From Octopus bimaculoides (taxonomy: Eukaryota): a stretch of DNA of 64,000 bases. The notes under the pieces are model-generated. The model had not been told where the DNA came from and made no database searches. It saw only the letters and a program-made list of their open reading frames with translations. Location of the stretch: NCBI RefSeq assembly GCF_001194135.2, contig NC_068986.1:5132725-5196724 (forward strand), read 5' to 3'. Shown in pieces: positions 35,753 through 49,180 of the stretch. The position numbers and the translations under genes are program-made. Positions within the stretch are counted from its first letter, which is position 1; each line of letters starts with the position of its first letter.

Positions 35753-37904
35753 GTAAGTAATATACATAACTTTTTTTTTTTAAGTTATTGTTATTTTTGT
35801 ATCATCCTTAAATGACACTTGAAACTCTTTATGAAGGGAACTTTATTTTTACTATAGCAGTGACCACTTTACTAATGAGAGGCAATAATAATAATAATAA
35901 TAATAATAGAATACCATGATAAAATAAGTATTTCAAAACAGTAGAGTTATGCTGATACAGTAAAATGGCATAAATAGAGCAAGTTAAAGGGCAAGAGTAG
36001 AATGGTTCAATGTTCAGAAGTAACAAAGAAATTATTATTTCAAACAATCAACATCAGTGAAATTTACATTCATTCATCTATACATGAATTAGATAGTAAA
36101 CACGGTAACTTCTTTTTTTTTTTTTTTCTTTCCTGTCCATGAAACTTGGTTCTGTCAATTCAGATATGGCTGGCTGTGTGGTTAAGAAGTTTGCTAAGCA
36201 ACTGTATGCTTTCAGATTCAACTCCACTGCAAGTGTCTCCTATTATAGTTTTAAATCATCCAAAGCTTTGTGAGTGAAATTTGACTTACAGAAATTGTGT
36301 GGAATTTGTCAAACAGACTATTTATGCTTTTGGTAGTCAGCTTAATCTCTCTCTCCAAATTTGACATCAGCACTTGACCCTTTAGTACTTGCAGTGAAAT
36401 CCACTTTGTAGCAAACTCTGTGGTGTGGCTCCTTTAGTTTTGTCAAAGACATGACAACCTTTTTTTGAGCTAGTGCCATAATAAAATACACCCATTATAC
36501 TCTATAAACTGCTTGGTGTCAGGAATGGCATTTGATCAGAGAAATCAAACCAAAAAGGAAGCAATATTTTAGTTCTCTATCTCGCCTAAGAGGGTAGTAA
36601 CTCCAAATAAGAACCGACTCAGACTACAAGCCATTCACCTTATGCCAGTACATAAAACAGGTGTGTAGTGATGATAATGATATTATTTTTAACATATGGT
36701 TATAGGTGTAGACATGCCTGTGTGGTTGAGCAATTCATTTCCCAACCACCCGGTTTCAGGTTCACTCTGACAGCACAGCACTTTGGGCCTACCAAATTTG
36801 TTTCTAATTGTACAGTTATAACATTATTTTTAAAAACTATAATTTAAAAGCATCCCATAGATTTTGAGGATTTTCAAAGTTGATTTTACTCTAGATTTGA
36901 TAGATGGAAAATTACAGATCATCTATATGTGTGTGTGTGCATGCATGTGTCTGGTGTGTTTATTTACGTACATCTGCATTCACTTGAGTGAAAGTGCAGC
37001 AAGAAGTGTGTGTTGTCAGTTTCTTCTATCAACAAAATTATTCAGGCACTTCATGTCTTTAAAGCTGTATGGAATAGGCAATTCCTTACTTGAAAAAGAG
37101 GCATGGTTTAGTGTCAGGAAGGTCATTTGGCTGTAAAACAATGCTTCAGATAACATATTCATCCAACCCATACAAGGCATGAAAAAGGCATAAACTGAAC
37201 ATCTTAACACCCACATTCTCGATCTCTCTGGAGGACTGACAGTGGGTTCATTTTACATTTGCAGTCTCAATGCCTCTCCCTTTCTGAACTAACCTATAAC
37301 CCTCACACATCCCTTTTTGGATCCTCACCACTCTCATCTATTTCCACTCTTTTGTGTTACTTTTCCACCTTCAGATCTTCTGTCTCACCCTTATAATGTG
37401 GGACAGCCCTGTACCCTTTTCTACAACCCCTTCTACACAACCCACTTCATCACTTTTACCACTCTGTCCCTCCCTTTCTCACTGATCCATGACTAATCCT
37501 TTCACTTTCCCCTGTTCCGTCTGTACTCCCTCTCCAAGTGTCCACTCTGTTACTCTCTCTACTACCACTTTCCCACAACGATAAACCTATTCTTCTCACC
37601 ATACTTCACCTTCTCTTATCACATTGCCTAAAATCATCACATTTTCCCTCTTTCTTGTTCTCCTTCATGTATGGAGAGCAAGATGACTTCACTGGTGCTG
37701 GTGTCATGAAAAAGCACCCAGTACATCCTGTAAAATAGTTAGTATTAGAAAGGGCAACTAACCATAGAAATTATGCCAAAATGGACATTGAGGCATGATT
37801 TGGTCCTCCAGTTTGTTGGATTCTGTTGAAATCATCCAATCTGTGCCAGCATGGAGAGTGGACATTTAATGATGATGATGATGATGATTCCTACTAATAT
37901 CAAT

Positions 37905-38045
37905 TTTAACATACTTATTCTTAGGGATATCATTTTTAACACATATTTGTAGCATTATCCTTTTGACATACTTATTCATAGTAATATTATTTTTAACATA
38001 CTTATTCATAGTGATATTATTTCTAACATATTTATTCATAGTGTT
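37905..38045 (+). repeat. AT-rich minisatellite, ~31-bp unit, about 4-5 copies
   Basis: Unit ttttaacatacttattcatagtgatattatt. Confidence 0.75.
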
Positions 38046-38540
38046 ATCCTGATTTATCTCACAATACTATCTTACCATTAAAATAGTTCACACCTTGTAT
38101 TCCAACTTTTGAGAATGCTGGCAAGCATTCTAATCAGATTTTTATGAAGCTAAGTTGTATCTGACAACGTCCTTGCTTGCATTCTTTATCTATATCTATG
38201 TGTATTTCATATCTCTCTCTCTCTCTCTCTGAACCACTCACCATAACAGCTGTTCTGAAGTGTCCACTTTGCCTTGCTAAACTCAAAAACCACAGAAACT
38301 ATAAAACTATTCTTTCTGAAAAAGGTATATGTTAAAAGTGGATGGCAGTGCAACAGCATGGCCACAATCTCTGGCTAAAACCAATAATAGAATTCTACTG
38401 TACAAAAATTTAAATATTTTATAATCTGTTTCTAGTTGTACAATTATAACAGTACTTTTTAAACATTATAATTTAAAAGTATCATATAGATTTTGAGGAT
38501 TTTCAAAGTTGATTTTACTCTAAAATAATATCAATTGCAG

Positions 38541-38624
38541 GTAAATTTGAATAAAAAATGTCCTTTTTGGTATGATGATCATCAATGTTCTTTGAAAGAC
38601 TGTGCTATAGACAAATGTAAAATG
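38541..38624 (+). CDS. ERO1L: ERO1-like exon 3 (VNLNKKCPFWYDDHQCSLKDCAIDKCKM), outer active site Cx4C
   Basis: 84 nt, ttgcAG / GTAAGT; CPFW plus Cx4Cx4C, equivalent to human ERO1A C85/C94/C99/C104. Confidence 0.96.
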
Positions 38625-39624
38625 GTAAGTAAATATAATTTCCTTTATATAATCAACATCTTTTAATTTTCATCATCTTATTGGTGTGCATTTCTCAATA
38701 CTTACAAATGTTTTATTGACCTGCCATGTTGTATAACATCTTTTGTCTCAATCCTATATCTGTCATCCATCAGGTCCAACACAGTGGCCTCACCGTTTCT
38801 TCCCAAGTTCTTTTTCATCACCGTCTGTCTCTATTAGTTTCCACTTTCAGTTCACATCATATTTCCATCTAGCAAGTGCGACCTATTTACATGTTCTTTA
38901 AGGCATCAAGCTTGCAGAATTGTTAGCATGTCAAGCAAAATGCATAGGAGCATTTCAATCTGTCTTTACATTCTGGGTTCAAATTCTGCCAAGGTTGACT
39001 TTGCATTTCATCCTTTCGGGGGTCAAGAAAATAAGTACCTGTTGAGCACTGGGGTCGATCTTATTGACATATCCCTCCTGTGAAATTGCCTGCCTTGTGC
39101 CTAAACTTGAAAGCTATTTACATGTTCTTTCTGGTGTAGCACATTCCATGTACAAATTACGAATGTACAAATATATCCTTAGCTCACTTTCACTCAGCCT
39201 TTTTACACAAGCTAACATTGAACATATCACAACTAACTCCTCTATTTTCCACAGTCAGCACTCATGTCACACTTCTTAAAACAATATTTGCATCACCTCT
39301 TTTATACAAGAAGAGAAACCATTTGTTGGTAAAAGAGGTAATAGTTTCTTGTACTTCTTCCGTTCTTTTTTACACCCATAGCTACTATAAGAAGCTTGCT
39401 TCCCAACCACATTGTTCTTGGTTCACTCCCACTGCTTGGCACTTTGGACAAGTGTCTTCTACTTTAGCTTTGGGTCAACCAAAGCCTTGCGAATGGATTT
39501 GGTAGACGGAAACTGAAAGAAACCCATCATGTATATATACATATATTTGTGTGTATGTGTTAGTTCCCCACCACTGCTTGATAACTGGTGTGAGTGTGTT
39601 CATGTCCCCGTAACTTCCAGCAAA

Positions 39625-40440
39625 TGAGCTTACCTCCTCGGGGGTACTAAATAGCAACCAGACCGTTGCAAATTTGGCCCCTGAGCAATAAATTTGACAG
39701 TTGGCAGATATTCTGCCAACTCTTTTTCGATAATGTCTTTTTTAAATTGAACAATGGCGTCGAGTGACCTAGAATAGATCCTCAGCACCACCATTCTATT
39801 ATTAAAGTCCTTTAACCACTCCTTGGGTGGGACAACCTCCCACTCCAAGGCAGTGGCTTCATTCTTTTTTGCCATGTGTAAAAAGTTCACAAAAGTTCAA
39901 AGAAGTTCAAAGAAAAACAAACAGTCTAAGAAAGTCCAAAAACAAAAAAACAGTTGAAGCAAAAAATAAAAAGAAGCACAGTTCAAAATAAAAAGGATAG
40001 ACAGAGAAAAATAGAAGAAAACAGTTCTACACAGCAAAAACGACAATCCTGGCTAACAGGTACTTTAGGCCAACTGGAACTCTGCAGCAGGAACTTTTAG
40101 ATGATAAAAAACCACGAACACAGGCCACAGCTGACAGCAACAGCAACTGGAACAAAATTTCAAGTCTTCAGGCAGATACGCCCCCAACACTTCTTTTTTT
40201 TTTTTTTTTTTTTTTTGTTACACAAGCAAAAAATAACACAATAGCCGCCAAGAGCAGGCGGAATTGTCCCAGAGCTGGGCACAATTTACTGAAAAAATAA
40301 TTCACACACAATGAAGTATGCCCAGCTCAAAACAACAAAATCACCTACCTCGACGGACTTCCTTTGGTCTTATTTTTCTTCTTTTTTCATTTTAGGACAG
40401 AGCTCAAAGCTCACGTCCTCACTGTTCAATATCAAGAAGT
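39625..40440 (-). mobile_element. Candidate 5' end (UTR plus start of ORF1) of a non-LTR retrotransposon, cut off by a SINE
   Basis: MAKKNEATALEWEVVPPKEWLKDFNNRMVVLRIYSRSLDAIVQFKKDIIEKELAEYLPTVKFIAQG, then after a frameshift KFATVWLLFSTPEEV (RRM-like); no splice phases linking it to either host gene. Confidence 0.45.
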
Positions 40441-40522
40441 TGACTTAACATGCATGTGCGGGAAGCAAGCTTCTTACCATATAGCCATGCCTGCACCTAT
40501 AACCTACATGGTGGTGTATAAT

Positions 40523-40589
<67 letters not shown>

Positions 40590-40784
40590 CTCTTTTACTC
40601 TTTTACTTGTTTCAGTCTTTTGACTGTGGCCATGCTGGAGCACCACCTTTAGCCGAGCAAATTGACCCCAGGACTTATTCTTTAGAAGCCTAGTACTTAT
40701 TCTATCGGTCTCTTTTGCCAAACCACTAAGTTACGGGGACATAAACACACTAGCATCGGTTGTCAAGTGATGTTGGGGGGACAA

Positions 40785-40830
<46 letters not shown>

Positions 40831-41269
40831 GACGGGCTTCTTTCAGTTTCCGTCTACCAAATCCACTCACAAGGCTTTGGTCGGCCCGAGGCTATAGTAG
40901 AAGACACTTGCCCAAGATGCCACACAGTGGGACTGAACCCGGGACCATGAGGTTGGTAAGCAAGTTACTTACCACACAGCCACTCCTACGCATATATACA
41001 TATATATATATATATATGATGGGTTCCTTTCAGTTTCCATTTATCAAATCTACTTACAAGGCTTTGGTCAGGATACAAAATTGCAAAATAGAACATTAGA
41101 AACTGCAAAAAGTATTAAAGAACTCATGCCATATTCCACCATTTTCATAATGTAAGACATGTTAATCATATGTAACAAGTTTTTTATAGTTTGAGAAATC
41201 ATCAAAATAATGCATTTAAGAAATTTTATTTTATTCAAGTATATACTTTTATTTGTTTATTTTGCAAAG

Positions 41270-41326
41270 GATGAAATTCCTATCGGTCTGAAAGAAAGCA
41301 GCCAGCAGGATACTAAGGGAAATAAG
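41270..41326 (+). CDS. ERO1L: ERO1-like exon 4 (DEIPIGLKESSQQDTKGNK)
   Basis: 57 nt, phase 0/0, tttgcaaAG / AAG|GTCTGT; DEIPIGLK resembles DEVPDGIK. Confidence 0.88.
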
Positions 41327-43183
41327 GTCTGTATTATTAGAAAATACCCTATTCTATTTTTATGGCACATTTTATTAATTTTTTTTTTTTTTTTTCAGTC
41401 TTTAATGAGTGTGAGAGAGTTGCAGTTATCCAAATAAATAAGGTGGCAAAACAAAATCAACATACTTTGTCACTAACCTGAAAGCATCCATGACTGAGAC
41501 ACTTGATTTTCAATAGCTATGGTATAAACATGTAAAACACTCCACTTTAGTTAGCAGATGCTTTAACAAATGTTCTATTTGCTCGTCATACTGAATTAAG
41601 CTTGAAGTCAGCATATAGGTTTCAAGTAGACAAAATGGAAGCTACACTGGTAAATCATCCCTGATCTGTCCTGAAATCAATAGAATCACCCAGAACTTCT
41701 TCAAGTGATACTTTCAACAATATCAATTGGTAAAGGAAAAAACATGGAAGTAAAGGCTGGATCATAATAAGGCTAACATAAAAAGTTATGCCCATTTTTG
41801 CATTACTTTCATAAAAATGTCTTAGATAGAATGAGGTTTGGGGTAGTGTTGTATATCTGATAAAACAACTCAGCAGTAGTAGCAAAGAAAAGATATTCAA
41901 CAATCAAAGACATGCTGAGATACTGGGGTCAACAAGCATGTGAGTTGGCACAGTCCAACATTGATCTGGTTCATAAAGATGAAATCTTGGTTCCACCACT
42001 CAGATTTCTTTGTCATTTAACAAGAGCCTCCAAAGTACTGAAGAAAATTAGTGTTTAAAGTACTAATGAATTCTATGAATCGTTATTGTTACATCTCTTC
42101 CAAGTGCATTTTGACATACTTCCATTGAAGAGTAGCAGCCACCATCATCATCATTGTTTTCAGTATATGTTCCATGTCCACATTTCATACTGGTGTTGGT
42201 TTGAAAAAAAACATTGATGCTCTTTTAAATGGGTCAGGGAACCACATCTTGCTTCTAAGTTTCATTGTACGGTTAGATACCCTTTCTAACACCAGCCACT
42301 TTACAGAGTTTACAGGGTGCATTTTTTTCAAGGCATAGACCTAGTGAGATTGTTGAGTTTTCAACAAGACTGCATGGTCCTCCCAACTTTATACCTAACA
42401 GAATGTTCCAGATGCATTTTATCATGATGCCAACACTAGAGAGGATAGCAATGAAAGAGTGATGGATTACAAGAGGTGAATAAATGATGAAAGTGAATAT
42501 CAAATGGCAGTGAGGAGTGTAGATAGAGTGAGTGAGATGCATGCTGGCCTAATGAGGTCCCTTAAGTATATACCTCAATGTAGTGAGAGATAGTAATAAG
42601 GACAAGAGAGGGTATATTGGAGAGAGTCAGACCGGTTCTGTAGTATCCTTTGTGATACTGGAAGCAATATACAGTGAACTGGAACACTCTTACACTTGTA
42701 CCTCAAATGCTGAAGCTGGAGGTTCAAGCTAAACAAAACATTTTAATTTTCAAGAACTGTTGCTTGTTACAAACTAAGATTAAACAATGTAATAAAATCC
42801 AACATTGCTTTCTTAACTACCTTTTATGCATATTATTTTACTGAATATGATGACTCATTCTCTGTATGCATTGTCTTTTATGTTATTGATGTTTATGACA
42901 TTATTACGTTATCATCTATTTTTGCATTTGGCTTCTAAGATTCTTAATGTGAACTCATGTTGAAACAAATTTAGCTGTATCCTGGTAGGGTCATTAATCC
43001 AGTGCATATGTTTATTATTCATGTAATGACCCTGCCAAGATATCATCCTTATACTGAATTCATAAAGTTTCTGTTTGAAACTTTGAATTCATGTTTTAAA
43101 ATTATAAATGATTTCCATACATATTTAAAAAGAAATAAAACTGTTTTTTTTTTTTGTTTTGTTTTTTGTTTCTTCATGAATAG

Positions 43184-43260
43184 TATTCAGAAAAGGCCAA
43201 TTCAGAAGAACACACATGTGAAGAAAAAGTAAAATTGGCTGCATTAGATAAAACCATCAG
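43184..43260 (+). CDS. ERO1L: ERO1-like exon 5 (YSEKANSEEHTCEEKVKLAALDKTIS)
   Basis: 77 nt, phase 0/2, long pyrimidine tract + AG, donor CAG|GTATAT; carries the C131-equivalent regulatory cysteine. Confidence 0.93.
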
Positions 43261-43870
43261 GTATATTATAGTGATCTTTCATTTCTATCTATTTAAATAT
43301 TTATATCTTCGGATAATTTGACAATCCATCAGTTACAATGACAAGGGTTCCAGTTAATCCAATCAACAGAACAGCCTGCTCATGAAATTAAAATGCAAGT
43401 GGCTGAGCACTCCACAGACATGTGTACCCGTAATGTAGTTTTCAGGGAAATTCAGCATGACACAGAGTGTGACAAGGCTGGTCATTTGAAATACAGGTAT
43501 TACTCATTTTTGCCATCTGAGCAAACTGGAGCAACATGAAATAAAGTGTCTTTCTCAAGGACACAACACAGCACCAGGAATTGAACTTATGATCATAAGC
43601 TGAATACCCTAACCATTAAGCCACACACCTTCTCTTGGATAATTTCATTAAGAAACAATCAATAGTGAACTAAAAATTTTGTACTTTTCTTTTTTTTCTT
43701 TTTAATACACCCTATCATACTCTGATACTTTACAATATACATTTCATAAATATCATTGCCTGTTAGTTTCAATATATCTTAAAACTTAAAGTATTAAGTT
43801 GGGTTAGAAATAACATTAAATTAATGTCAGATCTGTTTTGATCAAATTTTAGACTATTTTAAGCAGAATT

Positions 43871-44048
43871 GACACGTAAAAGCACCCACTACACTCTCTG
43901 AGTGGTTGGCGTTAGGAAGGGCACCCAGCTGTAGAAACACTGCCAAATCAGATTGGAGCCTGGTGTAGCCATCTGGTTTCACCAGTCCTCAGTCAAATCG
44001 TCCAACCCATGCTAGCATGGAAAGCGGACGTTAAACGACGACGACGAC
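43871..44048 (+). mobile_element. Family A 3' end (young) with (GAC)n tail
   Basis: Same body; tail reads gacgacgacgac. Confidence 0.88.
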
Positions 44049-44328
44049 TTTAAAAGTGTAGGGTTATTTTAAAATCTGAACAAGTATCACAACACTATAT
44101 GCAGTACTGTCTTCTCTTAAATTGATTATATTGATAAATGTATGGACCAAAGTGAGTTTTCACAATATAGAGAGGAATTCTGCTGAAATATTTGCATTGA
44201 AAGTTATTAGTATATTATAAGACTACCAATTAAACTTAAATCATGCTTTATAAACATTAATAAATTACTTTCATTAATATTCGATCTCAGGACTCATAGA
44301 GCTGATTTCCCAGTTTCCACAGTATGTA

Positions 44329-44545
44329 TGAGGGGGTGCTGAAAAGTTTCTGGCTTTCGGTAAAAGAAAATACAAGAGGATCAGTAAATTATAATTTTAT
44401 GCAACATATTCCCCTCTCAGATTCACACACCTATTGCAGCGATCCTTCAGTTTTTCTAAGCCCTGTAAAAGAACTCAGAAGGTTGGGCCTCTAACCAGGC
44501 CTTTTGTGATACCTTTAAAGCCAGGAACTTTTCAGCACCCCCTCA
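44329..44545. mobile_element. mariner-type MITE, TA-flanked. Second copy at 34944-35159
   Basis: 29-bp TIRs TGAGGGGGTGCTGAAAAGTT(T/C)CTGGCTTT with one mismatch; TA at both ends. Confidence 0.88.
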
Positions 44546-44639
44546 TAAGTGACCAAGATCACAATATTCCTCCTGAACAGGATGCCAGTCCATTGCAGGA
44601 TTGCTCATTTACAGCTGAGTGAACTGGAACTGTTGTTGT

Positions 44640-45020
44640 TGTTGGCACTCCGTCGCTTACGATGTCAAGGGTTCCAGTTGATCCGATCAACGGCACAGCC
44701 TGCTCGTGAAATTAACGTGCAAGTGGTTGAGCACTCCACAGACACGTGTACCCTTAACGTAGTTCTCGGGGATATTCAGCGTGACACAGAGTGTGACAAG
44801 GCTGACCCTTTGAATTACAGGCACAGCAGAAACAGGAAGAGTGAGAGAAAGTTGTGGTGAAAGTGTACAGCAGGGTTCGCCACCATCTGCTGTTGGAGCC
44901 TCGTGGAGCTTTAGGTGTTTTCACTCAATAAACACTCACAACGCCCGGTCTGGGAATTGAAACCGCGATCCTACGACCGCGAGTCTGCTGCCCTCACCAT
45001 TGGGCCATTGCGCCGCCACG
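44640..45020 (-). mobile_element. tRNA-derived SINE family C. Relatives at 21375-21690 (-), 43320-43630 (-), 17050-17370 (-)
   Basis: Head ggcgcaatggcccaatggtgagggcagcagactcgcgg...ggtttcaattccc with box A/B; shared body cctgctcgtgaaattaacgtgcaagtgg. Confidence 0.78.
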
Positions 45021-45682
45021 GACTGGAGCAACATGAAATGAAATGTTTTTCTCAAGATCACAATGCACCTCCCAGGCTAGGAATCTAATCCATAGTTATC
45101 TTGCAATCATGTGTGAAACACTCTAATCATTAAGCCACATACCTTCAATGGTTCATATGGATTTTATTATTGTTTTAGTGGTTGCATGGTTAAGAAGTTC
45201 ACTTCACAACCATTTGGTTTCCAGTTCAATCATACTGTGTGTAACTTTGGTCAGATAACAGCTGGCTAAAGTAATACCACAGAATGGGATCAAAGTAATT
45301 TTGTAGGTCTATTTAAATTGTGTCACCAAAGACAAACACTAGTATAAAAGGAAAAACAAATGTTTTGCATGTAATCACTTACTCTGCAAGGAATAGCAGC
45401 CAAATATCCCTCAAATTAACCCTCATTTTCTTAAACAAGGAAGGACACATTTGATAATGTGACTCTAGATAAACTTTATTTGAAATAAACAGGATGGTTA
45501 TAGATAGAATACCTTTGATTTTAGGTTTGTTCAAATACTAGGCTAAACAGCAATAACCGCATATAGAAATAATTATGTTTTAAACATTGCTATCTTTATA
45601 TGTTTCTTTGTTTTCTTTCTCTTTCTCTCCCAATCCTCTTTCTTTTATCTGTTTTTTGATTGACTGTTTCATGCAATTTCAG

Positions 45683-45756
45683 TGATGAAAGTAAACAAGC
45701 TTTCCAGAGTTGGTCTGTATTTGATGATGCACAGATGACATTTTGTGAAATTGATG
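45683..45756 (+). CDS. ERO1L: ERO1-like exon 6 (DESKQAFQSWSVFDDAQMTFCEID)
   Basis: 74 nt, phase 2/1, atttcAG / G|GTAATT; W..DD...FCE.D pattern. Confidence 0.94.
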
Positions 45757-45892
45757 GTAATTATCCTAATTTATGTTCAATTATTATAATTAGTTTTCTC
45801 TTTTCTTTTCATAATATGCTTTAAACATTATTTAATCATCATATTGCTTTCATAAAAAAAAAAATTTTTCTTTTATTTTTTTTTTATGGTAG

Positions 45893-46013
45893 ATGAATTA
45901 TCATCAGAAATGGAATATGTTGATTTACTACTGAATCCTGAAAAATACACTGGTTATAGAGGACATTCACCTCATCGTATCTGGAACAGTATATATAATG
46001 AAAATTGTTTCAA
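45893..46013 (+). CDS. ERO1L: ERO1-like exon 7 ([41 protein letters not shown])
   Basis: 121 nt, phase 1/2; YVDLLLNPE(K)YTGY and [11 protein letters not shown] are ERO1 signatures. Confidence 0.96.
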
Positions 46014-46480
46014 GTACATTTTATTTTCTCTTACTTTCCATATTTTTTATTTGTTATCATTTGAGAGGTGTTTTAAAATTTTATCATTGGCAGATAAAAT
46101 GCTTTGTGATATTTAATTACCATATTTGGTGGCATACAAGAAGCACTTTTTTCAAACTACAAAGTTTCAAAAAATCACCCTAGATCCTATATGCAAAATT
46201 TCAGCCTCCCATAAGCATTTTGTCCCCTAAATATGCTCTACTGAAATTCCAGTATGTCAAATAAGCCTGTGCGTCTTTTATGCCATCAAATACAGTAGGT
46301 ATCTTATATTCTGACTTTACTTCCAAACTTAACTATGCTTTTTATTCTCATTGTCATTACCCGCCACTATGCAGCTCGTAAAAATATGTGTTAAACATGC
46401 ATATACCTTCATAAATTGTTCAAAGTGAAAGTTATTTTTAAAGTCTGTGCTGCATTGTCTATATGTTGAAAGACATACAG

Positions 46481-46523
<43 letters not shown>

Positions 46524-46533
46524 NNNNNNNNNN

Positions 46534-46592
<59 letters not shown>

Positions 46593-46780
46593 AACAACCC
46601 CAAAAATAACCATGTGTTAGGAAGGGCATCTGCCGTAAAACCCCTGCCAAAACAGACACAGAAGCCTGGAGTTGTCTTCTACCTGGCCAGCTCCTGTCAA
46701 CCGTGATACCCATTGCATACATGGAAGACGGACATTGAACGATGATGATGTTTATATGTATGTACATATAGTCTTTTTAA

Positions 46781-49180
46781 CCCTCTGGTAGTGCGGTTCT
46801 GTATTTTCCATGGTTAGTGCAGCGGGGTATGGAGAAACCCGCTTATAGTTTTAGCTATTTTTGTACTTTTTATTACTTTATATATGTTCTTAAGCAATAA
46901 TATTACCAAAAAACATATTCTGATATAATGTATTTATTTAACATGTAAACAAAAACAAACGAGTACACTTTGAAAATGAAGGTCAAACAAAATAAAACTA
47001 TTTTTTGGTGGGGAGAGTGCTCCTTTCATATTTACTGTTTACTCATTGTTTGCACTATCATCCTCATCACTCTGAGCAAAGCAGTCAATGCAAATGTGCA
47101 TGGCATGTTCCAAGCAGATGGGCTTATAGCACTTCTGGCAGCAATTTATTGTCTTGTGATCTTTTGACCTGGGATACAATGAGCATCTTTGTATGGTATC
47201 TTCATGATGATGTTTTGGAGGCAATTCCTTAGATGGTGAGAAATGTTGAATCTTCCTTTTCAAGTCTTTCCTCAAATATAGGTTTGTTTTGCGATGATGG
47301 ATATGGTCCTCCACCAACTTGAGTCCCAATTCCCTCAGAAACTTTCAGTATCTGATAGCTGTTTGAGAGTTTGCTATGAATATATTGTATGCATTGTATG
47401 CATTTATTGAGTATGGTTTAGAAAACTGTAACTGGCCAATGTCAAGTTTTTCTGGAAACATTGTAGATGGAACAGAACTGATTCACAGTGTCTACCCCTC
47501 TTTTAGTACTGTTGTAGAAGGTAATAATTTCTGGTTTCCTTTTTTCTTTTGTACTTTCATCAATTGCAGCATCATAATTCATTGTACTCAGTAGGACAAC
47601 ATTTTTACCCTTCTTGGGAACATATGAGGTCAGTGTAACATCCTTCTGGAAATCAAACAAGCTTATGTATTCAGTTCTGCCTCTTGTAGCAATAAACTGA
47701 GGAGGAAGTTCTATCTTGTTCTTTCTCAGAGTGCTAACTAATGTTAATCTATAATTCTTCAAGAGATCGACTGCAAGTCCGTAACTTGTAGACCAATTAT
47801 TCATTGTAATGTTTCTTCCAGACCCATTTATATGAGACACCAACCGTTTTACCACTGCTGCTCCTGAATTATCTACCATAGAAGGGCCTTCTGGTTGTTT
47901 CCCCAAGTAGACCTCCATACATGACACACAGAAAGTTTTAGCATCTGCCAAAATAAATATTTTTATGCCATATTTTGCTGGTTTACTTGGTATGTAGACC
48001 CTGAATGGACAGTTCCCTCTAAAGGCAGCCAACATTTCATCTACAGTTGCATACTCTGAGACATTATGACTGGAGATACAATTATCAACAAATTTCTCAA
48101 AGAACTTTTTAAAAGATCCAAACTTATCTTCTAGCCTCCTTTCAGGCCGAGTGTGGATGTCATCAAACCTCATAGACCTCAGCAGAAAATGAAATCGATG
48201 CAAAGACATAGTTGCCAGAAAATTTTCGATTCTTTTACCATCGGTTGCCCAAACATCTTCCAAATTCATTCGGTTAGCTCTAAAGCCTCCAAACAGATAA
48301 AGCAGTCCTATTGCAGCTTTCACCCCCCTTTCATTAGTATGTCTCTGTTTTGAACTATCTTTATATTTTCCTTGTTTTTTACTGCCAATGTAGATATTAG
48401 TGCAAGCTGCTAATTCATTCAGAAGTTCTTGTGTGAGAAACAAAGACCGGCAGTCCTTTGCAGCGTACACATATTTTCCTGCTCCTCTTGGTCCTGGTGA
48501 ATCCTGTATATGTTGTGTGCATGTGTACGCTGTGGAAGACATGGGGGAACTTCTTTCCAGAGAGTTTTGTTATTTCTGCCTATAAACTGTTTTTCTGTGT
48601 TCCTAGTAGCCTGCTGTTCATCTTCATCATCATCTTCTTCTGTTTCTTCTAAAGGGTCATCTGGTGAAGTCTGCAACATGCCATCTGCTTCAGTTCCTTC
48701 CCTCTTTATCTGTCATTTCTTCTTCATCTGTTGTTTCTTCCTCAACTATACTCTCTTCTTCCTCTTCATCTGGTTCTTGATCAAGAAATGAGCCTGATTC
48801 TTCTATGTCTACTTCTCTCTCCACCATCTCTCTCAATTTTTCCATTTGTCTTTCATAGTCCATTGTGATTTTGAGAGGAAAGAAGATTTCTCACTTTTAT
48901 GGCATTCCTATAACAATAATAAAGAAAAGGAAACAAAATTACACCTGTCAATAAATAGTACAATGAATGGTATGGTGGGGTATGCACAACCCCAGACACA
49001 AATAATACATGTGTACACTTCTCATCACTCAGCAAGTAATTGAGTGGAGTTGCACATTTACTCAGTGGAGTGTGCCAAGAAATTACATGGATGGATAGCA
49101 CTATCACTGCTGCCAGATGTAAAACACACATATACAAACATCACCTGGGGTATGAGATACCCCACCACACCACCAGAAGG
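46781..49180 (-). mobile_element. Full-length decayed piggyBac transposon, antisense in an ERO1 intron
   Basis: TTAA at 46777-46780 and 49181-49184; 16-bp imperfect TIRs (CCCTCTGGTAGTGCGG vs CCTTCTGGTGGTGTGG, 13/16); transposase inside. Confidence 0.92.
47039..48863 (-). pseudogene. piggyBac (DDE_Tnp_1_7/PGBD4-like) transposase pseudogene
   Basis: Acidic N-terminus MDYERQMEKL..., TVDEMLAAFRGNCPFRVYIPSKPAKYGIK, second catalytic motif decayed to ITMNNW, GVDTVNQ, and a C-terminal Cys-rich domain; split across several frames. Confidence 0.92.

Larger units (their letters stand above)
32297..46533. other. Four 10-N assembly gaps: 32297-32306, 33270-33279, 34490-34499, 46524-46533
   Basis: Runs of n, mostly within microsatellites or repeats. 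Confidence 0.99.

Noticed and set aside
47442-48542. Domesticated PGBD gene (366-aa ORF)
   Set aside because: Bounded by TIRs and TTAA, broken by stops and frameshifts at both ends and with catalytic decay; it is a transposon fossil.
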